Origin: a bacterium
GTDB lineage: Bacteria; Babelota; Babeliae; Babelales; Vermiphilaceae
Direction of reading: 5' to 3'
Assembly: GCA_021833825.1 (NCBI GenBank)
Contig: JAKBEL010000021.1
Span: forward strand, 525-64,524
DNA length: 64,000 nucleotides
Part shown: positions 36,172 through 45,656 of the stretch, in pieces
How positions within the stretch are numbered: position 1 is the first letter of the stretch
Layout of the letters: each line of letters begins with the position of its first letter
Program-made: the position numbers and the translations under genes
The notes under the pieces: generated by a model
Seen by the model: only the letters and a program-made list of their open reading frames with translations
Databases searched by the model: none
Told to the model about the DNA's origin: nothing

Positions 36172-37131
36172 TTACGTAAGTAATATTAAAAAAAATGCTA
36201 TTAAAAATGAGTAGATTGCGCAGGTATCAATAAGGCCTTGTGCAAACATGCTGACTTTGGAAATATTAGAATAATATTTTGGTTGTAGAGCAATTTGATG
36301 TACGGCAGCAGCAGCTGTTTTTCCCGATGCTATTCCTGGCCCAAGTGTTCCGATTCCCATGCAGAATGCTGCTGCAATCCATGTAAGGCTTGCAAATAGC
36401 GTTGGGGTTGTTCCATAGAATATAAACATTAATGAGATGGTCAATGCAAAGATGATTGGCGTTTCGATGATTGCTTGGCTGATAAAGGTGAAGGACATGA
36501 GTTGAGGATAGGCCTTACGATTAATGCCAAGGCCACGGCATGCATTTTTTGCAAATAGAGCAAGCCCTATTGCGGGACCGATACTTCCAAGCCCTATACA
36601 CAATCCTGCTGCAATAAGCATAAAGCTTTGAGCGAGCGTCTGTGCATGTATAGCTTGTGATCTAATAAGTAGTGCAATAATAAAACCAAAAATAATTGGC
36701 GTCTGAATAATTGATTGTGTGATTAACATAAAGCGTAAAATTTTGTCAGCAAAGAAAGGTTGTCGCGCGATGGACATACATGCCTCTTGTGCTGGAAGTG
36801 ATGATGCAAGCCCAATGATAAATCCAGAGAGGCATATTGATAGAGCGATGCCAACTTCAGCGATGTTTGCGGGTACAGATTGTGTTATATCATGGCTGCC
36901 AAGCAAGAGGAAAAATGCTATGGTAACTCCCATGATTGCAGATGTTTCAATTAATGCTGTTCCTAAAATAGCAACTCGTGCAATGTCATTCTTAGCGCTC
37001 GGTTGTTTGTCTATTGCTTTTAAAGCCGCGCGGCTTGTGAGGCCTTCTCCGATTCCTACACTTACTGAGTTAATTCCGACCGTAAGTGCGATAGTGCAAA
37101 AATGCAAAAGACTTGCGATATATTCGATCAT
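36172..37131 (-). CDS. atpE: ATP synthase c-type (proteolipid) subunit made of four fused hairpins (8 TM)
   Basis: Four consecutive G-rich helix / polar loop / helix units. The loops are DKQPS, ARQPF, NRKAYPQ and ALQPK. The helix-2 key residue reads E (LIETSAIMG), Q (IIQTPIIFG), E (IIETPIIFA) and D (LIDTCAIYS). Confidence 0.75.
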   Translation of the reverse strand: MIEYIASLLHFCTIALTVGINSVSVGIGEGLTSRAALKAIDKQPSAKNDIARVAILGTALIETSAIMGVTIAFFLLLGSHDITQSVPANIAEVGIALSICLSGFIIGLASSLPAQEACMSIARQPFFADKILRFMLITQSIIQTPIIFGFIIALLIRSQAIHAQTLAQSFMLIAAGLCIGLGSIGPAIGLALFAKNACRGLGINRKAYPQLMSFTFISQAIIETPIIFALTISLMFIFYGTTPTLFASLTWIAAAFCMGIGTLGPGIASGKTAAAAVHQIALQPKYYSNISKVSMFAQGLIDTCAIYSFLIAFFLILLT

Positions 37132-37886
37132 GATTTGCCTATAGGTTTTTCTGTCTGTTCAGTTGATAGAGCAATTGATAAATAGGTTATGGTTAACATA
37201 GCAAATACAAATGCTTGAATAGCGCCTTCAAAGAGGCCAAAAAAGAGAAGAATAATGAGGTTGATGCCGCTCAGTAGCCCAATAGTTTGGAATAATGTTG
37301 AACCGTGAAGGGTGCTGAAATAGATAGTGGCTATAGTAGATCCTCCAAAAATATTTCCATAGAGCCTGAAGGCCATAGAGATAATAGATGCAAATTTACC
37401 AACTATATTGAGTGGCAACATGATAAAAATAGGATCAAAATATTCTTTGATATATGCTCTAAGTCCGTGGGTTATAATGGTGTAATATTGCACATAAAAA
37501 AAAGATATAAGGCTTAATGCTAGGGTTGTATTGAGATTTTTGGTCGGCTCTTCTGATCCAGGAATTAAGGAGATGCTATTGCATAAGATGATATATATAA
37601 ATAGGCTTGCGATAAATGAAAAATGATTAAATGAAAAAATTCCCAAAGATTGTATTGTTATATCGTAAAATGCTTTTATGAATGCCATAAGTGTATGAAA
37701 TAATAGTATGTGTTTTTGTCGACGAAAGAATATGTATCGGCAAAAACAACCAAATAGTCCAATTATGAGTATAACGAACCAAGTGTTTATGACCGTTGTG
37801 CGATCAATATTAAAAAAAGAATGAACAAACCCAAAATCAGCTAAGGGTTGCCATTGAGATTCTGATAAAAAATCAAAGCCTTCCAT
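37128..37886 (-). CDS. atpB: F-type ATP synthase a subunit
   Basis: SMAFRLYGNIFGG (conserved Arg) and EGAIQAFVFAMLTITYL. There is a 4-nt ATGA overlap with the c-type gene. Confidence 0.8.
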   Translation of the reverse strand: MEGFDFLSESQWQPLADFGFVHSFFNIDRTTVINTWFVILIIGLFGCFCRYIFFRRQKHILLFHTLMAFIKAFYDITIQSLGIFSFNHFSFIASLFIYIILCNSISLIPGSEEPTKNLNTTLALSLISFFYVQYYTIITHGLRAYIKEYFDPIFIMLPLNIVGKFASIISMAFRLYGNIFGGSTIATIYFSTLHGSTLFQTIGLLSGINLIILLFFGLFEGAIQAFVFAMLTITYLSIALSTEQTEKPIGKS

Positions 37887-38154
37887 GCGGGGTGGCCTTT
37901 TTTCTTAAAATGCTAGACCAAAAACCTGTAACAAAACACATTAATGTTAGTATAAAGTGTATTCGTGTTGTTATCAATAAATAATAGCAGATAAGTCCAA
38001 AAAGAACTATACGTGTGATGACTGGTATAATAAAGGTGATCAGAATGGATGCTTGTTGAGCAAAAAGGACTCTTTTCCGTTGATATACGAAAAAGAGTCC
38101 ATATAAGTAACCACCACATAACCCAACAATGCTAGATATAATATTATCAAACAT
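37873..38154 (-). CDS. Small 3-TM membrane protein, AtpI/AtpZ/AtpR-like by position
   Basis: 93 aa. It overlaps the a-subunit start by 14 nt and the FolC-like stop by 1 nt. Assignment rests on size, topology and position only. Confidence 0.5.
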   Translation of the reverse strand: MFDNIISSIVGLCGGYLYGLFFVYQRKRVLFAQQASILITFIIPVITRIVLFGLICYYLLITTRIHFILTLMCFVTGFWSSILRKKATPHGRL

Positions 38155-39563
38155 TATAGTTTTTTATTACCCTTATATTGAGAATATTGAGCGAGTAATG
38201 ATGTTGAACCAGCAACAACAATAAGGCCATGCCGTTCATCAACAGAACTTAAAGCTGCCTCAAAAGCCTCTTTAAAGTTTTTGGCTGAACGAGCTTTTAT
38301 TTTCATGCTCTTGATATCATTGGTCACTTTTTCTACATCAGATAAAGTTTTATCCATATCTCCAGGAATTGGATTTACAGGACATACAACAATGTTGCCA
38401 GATGTCTTTTTAAAGAAATAGCGCAATAATTTAAGAAATTCATCTTTCTCTAAGTCTGCATTATTTGAGCCTATGATTAAGCAGAGGCCCTTCAATGGTC
38501 TTTGATAATGGAGCAAGCGAATACCAAGAAGTAGGTTTTTAAAAGCATCTAAGTTATTAGCATTGTCAAGCAAGATTGTTGGCTTCTCTTTTTCAAGTAA
38601 TTGAAATCTGCAAGGCAAGTTGTTAACTGTTGTGCCCCAAAATTGCTCTACGGTCTCTTTTGGATTGAGTTCAGCTTGGCGTTTGGCTTCTAATGTTGGC
38701 CGGCCTCGCTGACCCTTCTGTTTTGCAAGTAATGAATTGTGCAGAACTTTTTCTTGGGGAACAAATGAATTTATATATATTTCGCCAATTCGTTCAGCAA
38801 GGGCTGCGCATCTACCATGTAGTTGTTCAAATGGATAACTTAATGTGGCAAGTTTTCGAATAGGCATTGCCCAGACGCCGCCCTTATTTTCGGTAAGCTC
38901 GAGCATATCTTGAAGATTTAATTTGCTCTGATCTGCAGAGACAACGTATGTGCCAGGTTGAACGATTTCAAGCATGCTCTCAAGAATCTGCTTATTTTCT
39001 TCAGCTTCAGGTTTTTCAGATCCAGATATGCGTGTTATCGCTACCAATTTTGGAGCGCAAATTTGTGATGAGTAAAGAGGATCATTCTCATTGATTTCAC
39101 AAATAAGAACATCGACTTTATTCTGATGGCTATATACAAGTGACATCATGGTCAAAAGTTCAAGAGTATCGGCATTAATACCGGAAGTTTCAGCTGTACT
39201 GATAACCTCATTTGCAAGATCGGTGAAAGCTTTATTTGATATAGTTTCATTGTTTATGCATATGCGCTCATTATAGCTTAGTATATGGGGTGCATAAAAA
39301 AGACCAACTTTGAGCCCTTCATTTGCTAGTAATTGTGCAGTGAAGTTCATGGTTAAACTTTTGCCATTATTACCAGAAACAAATATGGTATTGATTTTTT
39401 TAGATATCGATCCGAATGCTAGGTCAAGCTCTTTAATGCAAGAGACATGATTGCTATCAGGTTGAGACCAGTTCCGATCTAAAAATTCTACCAGTTCATT
39501 GTAGCTTCGCTGTTTTGCAACAGGTATAGCACCTTTTTGCGGTTGCTTATTTATTGTTTTCAT
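38154..39563 (-). CDS. folC: Mur-ligase-family protein, FolC-like (folylpolyglutamate/dihydrofolate synthase-like)
   Basis: VSGNNGKSLT...GLFYAPHILSYNERI resembles the FolC P-loop region (canonical GTNGKGS...SPHL...ER). ATG at 39563 follows GGAGA; the ORF-track start is 39638. Confidence 0.6.
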   Translation of the reverse strand: MKTINKQPQKGAIPVAKQRSYNELVEFLDRNWSQPDSNHVSCIKELDLAFGSISKKINTIFVSGNNGKSLTMNFTAQLLANEGLKVGLFYAPHILSYNERICINNETISNKAFTDLANEVISTAETSGINADTLELLTMMSLVYSHQNKVDVLICEINENDPLYSSQICAPKLVAITRISGSEKPEAEENKQILESMLEIVQPGTYVVSADQSKLNLQDMLELTENKGGVWAMPIRKLATLSYPFEQLHGRCAALAERIGEIYINSFVPQEKVLHNSLLAKQKGQRGRPTLEAKRQAELNPKETVEQFWGTTVNNLPCRFQLLEKEKPTILLDNANNLDAFKNLLLGIRLLHYQRPLKGLCLIIGSNNADLEKDEFLKLLRYFFKKTSGNIVVCPVNPIPGDMDKTLSDVEKVTNDIKSMKIKARSAKNFKEAFEAALSSVDERHGLIVVAGSTSLLAQYSQYKGNKKL

Positions 39564-39888
39564 GACATCTCCAATAAATGTTCGATTAGATATTTTATAG
39601 CCACTATTTTCTATTTGAAAAGTTAAATCTGCGCGCATCCTTTTTTACCAGATTGATAACTTCTGTTATACTTTAACTATACGCAAAATAACAAAAATGT
39701 CAAACAATCAATTATTGCTGATCCGTTGGACCTTTTTTTTCAAAAGAAAAATGGTATGTGGGATTGATGCGCTTCTTGGTAAGGGTTGTTGTGGACCTCT
39801 CTTTTTAAAGTCTTTTTGACACGATGTATCGGATTGGTTTATTCTTAAAAAAGTTAATATTAACTCAATAGATAAGGTTTTTAAAGAT

Positions 39889-40509
39889 ATGTTTAAGATA
39901 TTGAGATGGGATAGTAGTAAAGATATAGCGGAGCTTGCGGCATTTCTAATAGAAAATAAGCTGTTTATTGGATCAACAGATACGGTTTTGGGTCTTATGT
40001 GTAAAGTTAGTGCTTCATCAAAATCTTTGATTGACAATGTGAAAATAAGATCGGGAAAGCCTTACGTAATATTGGTCGATTCTATGCAGAAGGTTTCAAA
40101 AATTTGTGTTATAAATTCTAAGTTAAGATCTTTTTTGGCAGCCTGTTGGCCGGGGCCAGTTACGGTTATTTTGCCAGTTAATAAAGATGTTCCTGATTGG
40201 ATGAAGGAGATAGGAACAGTTGCAATTCGAATTCCCGACCATAAAGGGCTGCGGCATATCTTGTCAGATTTGCCTTTTGGTCTTTATTCTACCAGTGCAA
40301 ATATATCTGGCGAACCTGTGCCAAGATGTTTTGATGAGGTTGCTCAGCAGATAAAAGATGCTTGTGTATGCTATATTGATGATGAATCGGGTTGTAAGGA
40401 TATGCCTTCAACTATTATAGACTGCTCTCAAGATAGCTTTCAAGTTGTGCGACCGGGGGCTTATCCCATTGAGAGGCTGCAAGAATTATATGATAGGGCT
40501 TCAGATTGA
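39889..40509 (+). CDS. tsaC: L-threonylcarbamoyladenylate synthase (YrdC/TsaC family)
   Basis: STDTVLGL, KPYVILV, WPGPVTVIL, VAIRIPDH, STSANISGEP and PSTIIDCS. Confidence 0.85.
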   Translation: MFKILRWDSSKDIAELAAFLIENKLFIGSTDTVLGLMCKVSASSKSLIDNVKIRSGKPYVILVDSMQKVSKICVINSKLRSFLAACWPGPVTVILPVNKDVPDWMKEIGTVAIRIPDHKGLRHILSDLPFGLYSTSANISGEPVPRCFDEVAQQIKDACVCYIDDESGCKDMPSTIIDCSQDSFQVVRPGAYPIERLQELYDRASD

Positions 40510-40561
40510 CATGGCATAATAAAACCGGTTACGATCAATAAAAAAGGGGGAGTAAGAGTCT

Positions 40562-41002
40562 ATGAAAAGGGGATTTACACTTATAGAGCTTATGATTGTT
40601 GTTGCTATTATAGCCTTTCTTGCTATGGTTTCCATTCCAAGTTTTAAACGATTTTTAGCAAAAGCAAAGCGAACAGAGGCTTATATGAATCTGAATGCAT
40701 TAGCAACGGCAGAAAAGATTTATTGGGCTGAGCATGGAACATATATTTCTGATTTGAAAGCTATAGGCTGGAAGCCTGAAGGGCAAGTTCAATATACATA
40801 TGGATTTCCGGGTTCTGAAGGTACAAATTATATTACAGGATCACTTGGAGCGCCGGCTTCTCATCTTGGTGTTGGCAATGCTGGTAAAGATGCATTTTTG
40901 ATTGTTGCGGCAGGGGATATTGATGGTGATGGTCAAGCTGATATTATCACGATTAATCAAGATATGAAAATTGAGATAGTAAAAGACGATTTAGAAGAAT
41001 AG
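40562..41002 (+). CDS. Type IV pilin / pseudopilin with prepilin N-terminal methylation motif
   Basis: MKRGFTLIELMIVVAIIAFLA. Confidence 0.85.
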   Translation: MKRGFTLIELMIVVAIIAFLAMVSIPSFKRFLAKAKRTEAYMNLNALATAEKIYWAEHGTYISDLKAIGWKPEGQVQYTYGFPGSEGTNYITGSLGAPASHLGVGNAGKDAFLIVAAGDIDGDGQADIITINQDMKIEIVKDDLEE

Positions 41003-41004
41003 AG

Positions 41005-41757
41005 CTATAGGCCTGTAAGCCATGTGTGAATACTCTTTTGAAAAAAGATGTAGATTATCGCGCCGTATGATAGAAATGGTGCAAATGGGAGGCGACATTC
41101 TTTTGATTGCTTATATAAAAGTAGATATATAATTCCAATTATGCTTCCAATCCATGATGCAATAAAGAGCGTGTATATAGCGCCTTCAATTCCTGTAAAT
41201 GCACCAATCAGGGCCATGAGATCAAAGTCTCCTTCTCCCATCCCATCTCTTTTTGTTGTGAAGTGATAAAGGTATGCAATGCTCCATAATAGTCCATAGC
41301 CAAGAGCTGTTCCGAGTATACTTTGAAAGAAGGTAATTGGTAAAAGCTTATTATAACTCAATATCCAAGCTACGGGGATTGGATAAAAGCAGATTGTTGA
41401 AGCGATAAGCATATGTTCAAGATCTGTTCTTATGCTGACAATAAGAGCTGAAAATAGTATGAGATATCCAAAAAAGTAACTATGGGGAACATAATAATAG
41501 AGAGCAAGTATAGTCAAGGCTGTCAGTTCAATAAATGGGTAAAGTAATGAGATTGTGGTTGAGCATCTTCGGCACCTTCCCCGTAATATGATCCAAGATA
41601 ATAGAGGAATGTTGTCATACCATGCTATAATCTCTTTGCAACAGATGCAATGAGATCTGGGAGTTATAATACTCAATCCAACTATTAGTCTATGTGCGAC
41701 TACATTTAAGAATGATCCCCAAACAAGAGATAGGCAGAAGATTAAAAATGGCACCAT
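41005..41757 (-). CDS. pilD: Prepilin peptidase (A24 family)
   Basis: Cys pairs CICC...CRRC, GMGEGDFDLMALIGAFTG, polytopic. Confidence 0.85.
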   Translation of the reverse strand: MVPFLIFCLSLVWGSFLNVVAHRLIVGLSIITPRSHCICCKEIIAWYDNIPLLSWIILRGRCRRCSTTISLLYPFIELTALTILALYYYVPHSYFFGYLILFSALIVSIRTDLEHMLIASTICFYPIPVAWILSYNKLLPITFFQSILGTALGYGLLWSIAYLYHFTTKRDGMGEGDFDLMALIGAFTGIEGAIYTLFIASWIGSIIGIIYLLLYKQSKECRLPFAPFLSYGAIIYIFFQKSIHTWLTGL

Positions 41758-41764
41758 ATTAAGA

Positions 41765-42151
41765 TTAATCTACAGGATCAGCATCAAGATGATCTTCCTC
41801 TTTTAGCTGCTCCAGAAGTTCTTCTAATTTTAAATGTTTTTCATATGGATCATCATATTTGAATATGAGCTGTGGAGTGTAACGAGCATTAATAGATTGG
41901 GCCAATGCTTTTCTCATAGAAGGTTTATAGAGAATAAGATAGGGCATCACTTCTTGAAAATGGGCCTCTCCTAAAGTTGTATAAAAAAAGAGGGTACAGC
42001 AGCTTTTATCTTTTGATAATTTAACACGATTGATAGCGATATCTTTTATTCTATCGTCATCATTGGTAATACGCAAAAAATAGATTGATAGTTCGCGTAA
42101 AAGCAAAGATTCTTTTTGTGCTCGTTTGATATCAGCTACTGTTTTTGCCAT
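41765..42151 (-). CDS. rbfA: Ribosome-binding factor A
   Basis: KRAQKESLLLRELS...INRVKLSKDKS...RYTPQLIFKYDD parallels the E. coli RbfA layout. Confidence 0.75.
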   Translation of the reverse strand: MAKTVADIKRAQKESLLLRELSIYFLRITNDDDRIKDIAINRVKLSKDKSCCTLFFYTTLGEAHFQEVMPYLILYKPSMRKALAQSINARYTPQLIFKYDDPYEKHLKLEELLEQLKEEDHLDADPVD

Positions 42152-42183
42152 GTATACTCGTTTTGAATGTAAAAAGAATTGTC

Positions 42184-42399
42184 TTATTTGATAAGTTTTT
42201 GTGAAACCATGCGCATAAGGTTCTGCTTAATAGCGCGAACAAGTCTTTTGCGACGTTTTTGGGTTTCAGGTTCAAAATAGACAAGGCGCTTCATATCACG
42301 GACTATGCCTTCACGCTCAATCTTTTTCTTTAGCTGTCTGAGGGCTCTATCCACGTTGCTGGTAACTTGAACTTCAATGTTCGGTTTTTTTCTTGACAT
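42184..42399 (-). CDS. rpsU: 30S ribosomal protein S21
   Basis: 71 aa, basic. VDRALRQLKKKIEREGIVRDMKR..YFEPETQKRRKR. Confidence 0.85.
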   Translation of the reverse strand: MSRKKPNIEVQVTSNVDRALRQLKKKIEREGIVRDMKRLVYFEPETQKRRKRLVRAIKQNLMRMVSQKLIK

Positions 42400-42554
42400 A
42401 TGCCTTTAAACCTGTGCCTTTCTACAAAAAAGTAATTATACATTGTGACAATATTTCTATTTTATTCGATTTCTGGATTATTGTCCATATATTTAAAAAC
42501 AGAGATATGCATTTGAATCGAGAGCAATTGGCACCCCTCTGGTTATAGCTCTTT

Positions 42555-43940
42555 TTAATAGAATACGTTCAGAGAGAACATAATCGTTGTGCTTCTGAAG
42601 GCAAATTCTACCATCATTGGGGTCTGCCACAAAAATCCAATAGAAAGATGTGAAGAGATATCATAGTCGAGCCCGACATTACCCATTTGGGCTCTAAAGC
42701 TCGATATTTTCTCTAAAGCTTGAGGTTGGAATGCTGGATCGCAGACCTTTAGGTGTATCGAGTCTTTTTGGTGTTGAACAATTACATATTGGAAATAGAA
42801 GGAGAGATGCTCTAGAAAATGATATGCTCCAAGCTTAGCGGCAAAGTGCCAGTTCCAGCCTGGCGAGCGCCTTATATCTGTTACAAATGGAAATAGGGTC
42901 TGTTGGCAAATATGATTAGGAACTCTAAAGCAGTTGAAATCTCGAGGAAAGAAGTAGGTTCCACCAATTTCGCAACCTATATCTATTGTCTCCACAAAGT
43001 CAAGATTGACTCCGGCAGATGCTCCTATTGAATGATGATCATTATTGCCATGCGAGAGCCCAAATATTTGACTTGGATTTGGCTCTTTGCCTATGGCAAC
43101 AGTTCCGCTGAGCATTAAGAATGGCATAACATAAAGATTTGGCCAGTCATTGCGAATCATGTTTCCTTCATAGGCGTGTCGCCAGAAGAGGTTAAATCGC
43201 AAGTCTTCCATTGTTGTTGAATGATAGTTGTTAAGGTTTATGCATGTCTGGTCACCAATGATTTTTAGTTTATCCATTAAATATTTATCGACATTATCTG
43301 GTGTTAATGCTGGATCGCATGGGTTAATTAAATTTTCAGCCGAATATCCAGAAAAACCGGTCAAGTTGGTGATGCATGATGGTGTATTGGTGATATCAGA
43401 GACCCCGCCCTGAATTTCAAGCCCAACGTTGCTTAAGATGTGAAGATTGATGTCCCAGCGAAAACCTCTTTTGCGATATTTTGAGTCGACTGAAAAAAAA
43501 CCGAATCGTTGGCATGGATCTGTTGGTTGATCGCAAATTGGTGGTGTAATTGTTGGAAATAGAGCCTGCTGAGCTTCTAAAAGGACTGGCGGTAACATGT
43601 TGCATGCTGGTGTCTGTCCGTAAAGAAGTGCAATCATATTCCAGCGGCCATTAATATCTCCAAGGGGAATAAGCTCTTTGAAGTTGTCTCGTGAGCTGTC
43701 AGAATTTTGTCCAAATGGAGAGAATGATATATAGAATTTCTGTGGAACATATCGTTGGCGCTCGATGCCATCTTTATCTATAAATCGTTCTCTTTTGTAT
43801 AAAAAGGTATAAGGATCGAGTGTTGTAAAGACGGGAAATGGATCATTCCTTGAATAAGAAGTAGGTACAGCAAATAAATCTATACTTAATATACTCATTA
43901 AAAAGCCTAACAATGAGAGGCTGAATCTTTGTGCTAACAT
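42555..43940 (-). CDS. Cys-rich putative outer-membrane beta-barrel protein (porin/MOMP-like candidate)
   Basis: Signal-type leader. Alternating hydrophobic pattern with a terminal aromatic residue (...FSLNVFY). Many Cys. Local motif similarity to 60705-62642 (GNNDHHSIGASAG versus GDNGHFATKLGAEG). Confidence 0.55.
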   Translation of the reverse strand: MLAQRFSLSLLGFLMSILSIDLFAVPTSYSRNDPFPVFTTLDPYTFLYKRERFIDKDGIERQRYVPQKFYISFSPFGQNSDSSRDNFKELIPLGDINGRWNMIALLYGQTPACNMLPPVLLEAQQALFPTITPPICDQPTDPCQRFGFFSVDSKYRKRGFRWDINLHILSNVGLEIQGGVSDITNTPSCITNLTGFSGYSAENLINPCDPALTPDNVDKYLMDKLKIIGDQTCINLNNYHSTTMEDLRFNLFWRHAYEGNMIRNDWPNLYVMPFLMLSGTVAIGKEPNPSQIFGLSHGNNDHHSIGASAGVNLDFVETIDIGCEIGGTYFFPRDFNCFRVPNHICQQTLFPFVTDIRRSPGWNWHFAAKLGAYHFLEHLSFYFQYVIVQHQKDSIHLKVCDPAFQPQALEKISSFRAQMGNVGLDYDISSHLSIGFLWQTPMMVEFAFRSTTIMFSLNVFY

Positions 43941-44011
43941 TACTGTCCTTTCTTGGATTTTACTACTTTTAACTATATAGCATCATTCCTGCTAATAGGT
44001 CAATTGAATAA

Positions 44012-45208
44012 TTATATAAGTTCGCAAATAATTCCTTCAAATGCAAATACGAAGATTGCAGTTGCCGTAATAATGCCAAAAATAGTCTGTATATTTTGTT
44101 GGTTTTTCCATTCTTCTTTTAGGGTCAATAGTGTAATTATAGACATAACAAAAGCAAATACGATAAACAGAGCTGTTAAATAAAAAAATAGATCTATATT
44201 TTCCAAGAGGATATAACTTAGTAAAATAGGAAATCCGATGAATAATACCATGTTTTGATTGTTTATGTAACCGCCTGAAATCAATTTTTTAGCAGTTATG
44301 CTATGCATTTTTGAAATAATGTCTGTAAATAGATTGCTTGATGACCATATCATTGAGTGGATTGTTCCTACAATTGCTGAAAGTATTGAAAAGTCTATAA
44401 GTGTGATAATCCAACGATGTTCTGGGAACAGTTTAATAAGTACTTCAGAAATGCGCATAGAAGAATTAATAAAATATTCACTTGGTGTTGAGATTATTAT
44501 CGAGCCGATAAATAATGTATAAATAATTCCCACTAATAGAATGGAATAGGCTAATGCTCGAGGAACATTTTTGGCGGGATTTTCAACAATATTAAATAAT
44601 GATGTTGCGCATTCAAATCCAAAAAAACTGAAAATAACAATGCGCGTTGCCTTCATTACGCTTGTAAATCCATAAGGTGCAAAGGGTAATATGTTCGCTA
44701 AGCTCGCTTTTGATAGACACATAATTGTTGTTGCTAAAAGAGGAAACACAGTGCAGACAATTAAGATATGCTGACCTGCTTGAGACATGCGCACGCCAAA
44801 CATATTAATAAGAATGAGAGAGACAAGTGTTATAATTCCCAATGTATAGGGGGCGATAAATGGAATAAATGTGTGCAGATAAATACCGGCTAATTTGCAT
44901 AGAAGTCCCATTGCAATAAGAAGTCCAATTAAATAAGAAGTGACGGCAAACATTCCTCCTGTATGGCCGCTCCATTGTTTTGCGTAAGTGTAGAAAGATC
45001 CCTCTTCTGGAAATAGATATGCAAGTCGAGCTATTGATGTTCCCATAAACCAGATTGAGAGAATCACAAATACTAAAGCCAATATTCCTGCTGGCCCAAC
45101 ATGTGCAGCTAATGTTGCTGGAATTGAGAAGATGCCTGCGCCAATCATAGCATTCATACCGACTATGGTGGCCGTTGATACTCCTATTTTTCGAATCGTC
45201 TCTGCCAT
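44012..45208 (-). CDS. APC-superfamily amino-acid permease
   Basis: About 12 TM segments. N-terminal GVSTATIVGMNAMIGAGIFSIPA. Confidence 0.8.
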   Translation of the reverse strand: MAETIRKIGVSTATIVGMNAMIGAGIFSIPATLAAHVGPAGILALVFVILSIWFMGTSIARLAYLFPEEGSFYTYAKQWSGHTGGMFAVTSYLIGLLIAMGLLCKLAGIYLHTFIPFIAPYTLGIITLVSLILINMFGVRMSQAGQHILIVCTVFPLLATTIMCLSKASLANILPFAPYGFTSVMKATRIVIFSFFGFECATSLFNIVENPAKNVPRALAYSILLVGIIYTLFIGSIIISTPSEYFINSSMRISEVLIKLFPEHRWIITLIDFSILSAIVGTIHSMIWSSSNLFTDIISKMHSITAKKLISGGYINNQNMVLFIGFPILLSYILLENIDLFFYLTALFIVFAFVMSIITLLTLKEEWKNQQNIQTIFGIITATAIFVFAFEGIICELI

Positions 45209-45293
45209 AATGACCTTTATGTATTATACTGTTTTTGCTGTATACTTAATTAATAATCATCTTAGTATATATCGCAAATTTCGATTGTAGAAA

Positions 45294-45590
45294 ATGATTA
45301 TGCAATATTTTATAAATAATGATGAAAGTTATCATATGAAATTTGGTTCCTATTATCAAGCACAAGTTGATCCGTCCTACGGTTGGTTTTTTGTAGGAGC
45401 TTTGCGCAGCTTTGAGCATTTGGCTTTTGATCGAACTTTAGATGTTTCAACAAGTACGTTTGAATTTTTTGTTCCTCAGTATAATGAGGCGTTCTTTCTT
45501 GATCTGATGAACTATTTTATAAAAGAGGACATTGTCTCTGATCTTAAAAAACTTCCTAATAGACTCATAAATGATGATGAAGAAGTTTGA
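45294..45590 (+). CDS. Hypothetical 98-aa protein
   Basis: ORF track only. No motif that I can name. Confidence 0.45.
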   Translation: MIMQYFINNDESYHMKFGSYYQAQVDPSYGWFFVGALRSFEHLAFDRTLDVSTSTFEFFVPQYNEAFFLDLMNYFIKEDIVSDLKKLPNRLINDDEEV

Positions 45591-45656
45591 TTCTTTTTTC
45601 TGTTATTACTACACTTCTTCATATTTGTTTATCTAAGTTTATTGCGGAGAATTGTT

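Noticed and set aside
36719-37144. 141-aa plus-strand ORF antisense to the fused c-subunit gene
   Set aside because: It lies entirely inside a well-supported minus-strand gene, has no SD, and its composition mirrors the opposite strand. This is a shadow ORF.
39708-40037. 109-aa minus-strand ORF overlapping the start of tsaC
   Set aside because: About half of it overlaps the motif-supported tsaC gene, and the rest covers the intergenic promoter region. It has no motifs and is low-complexity.
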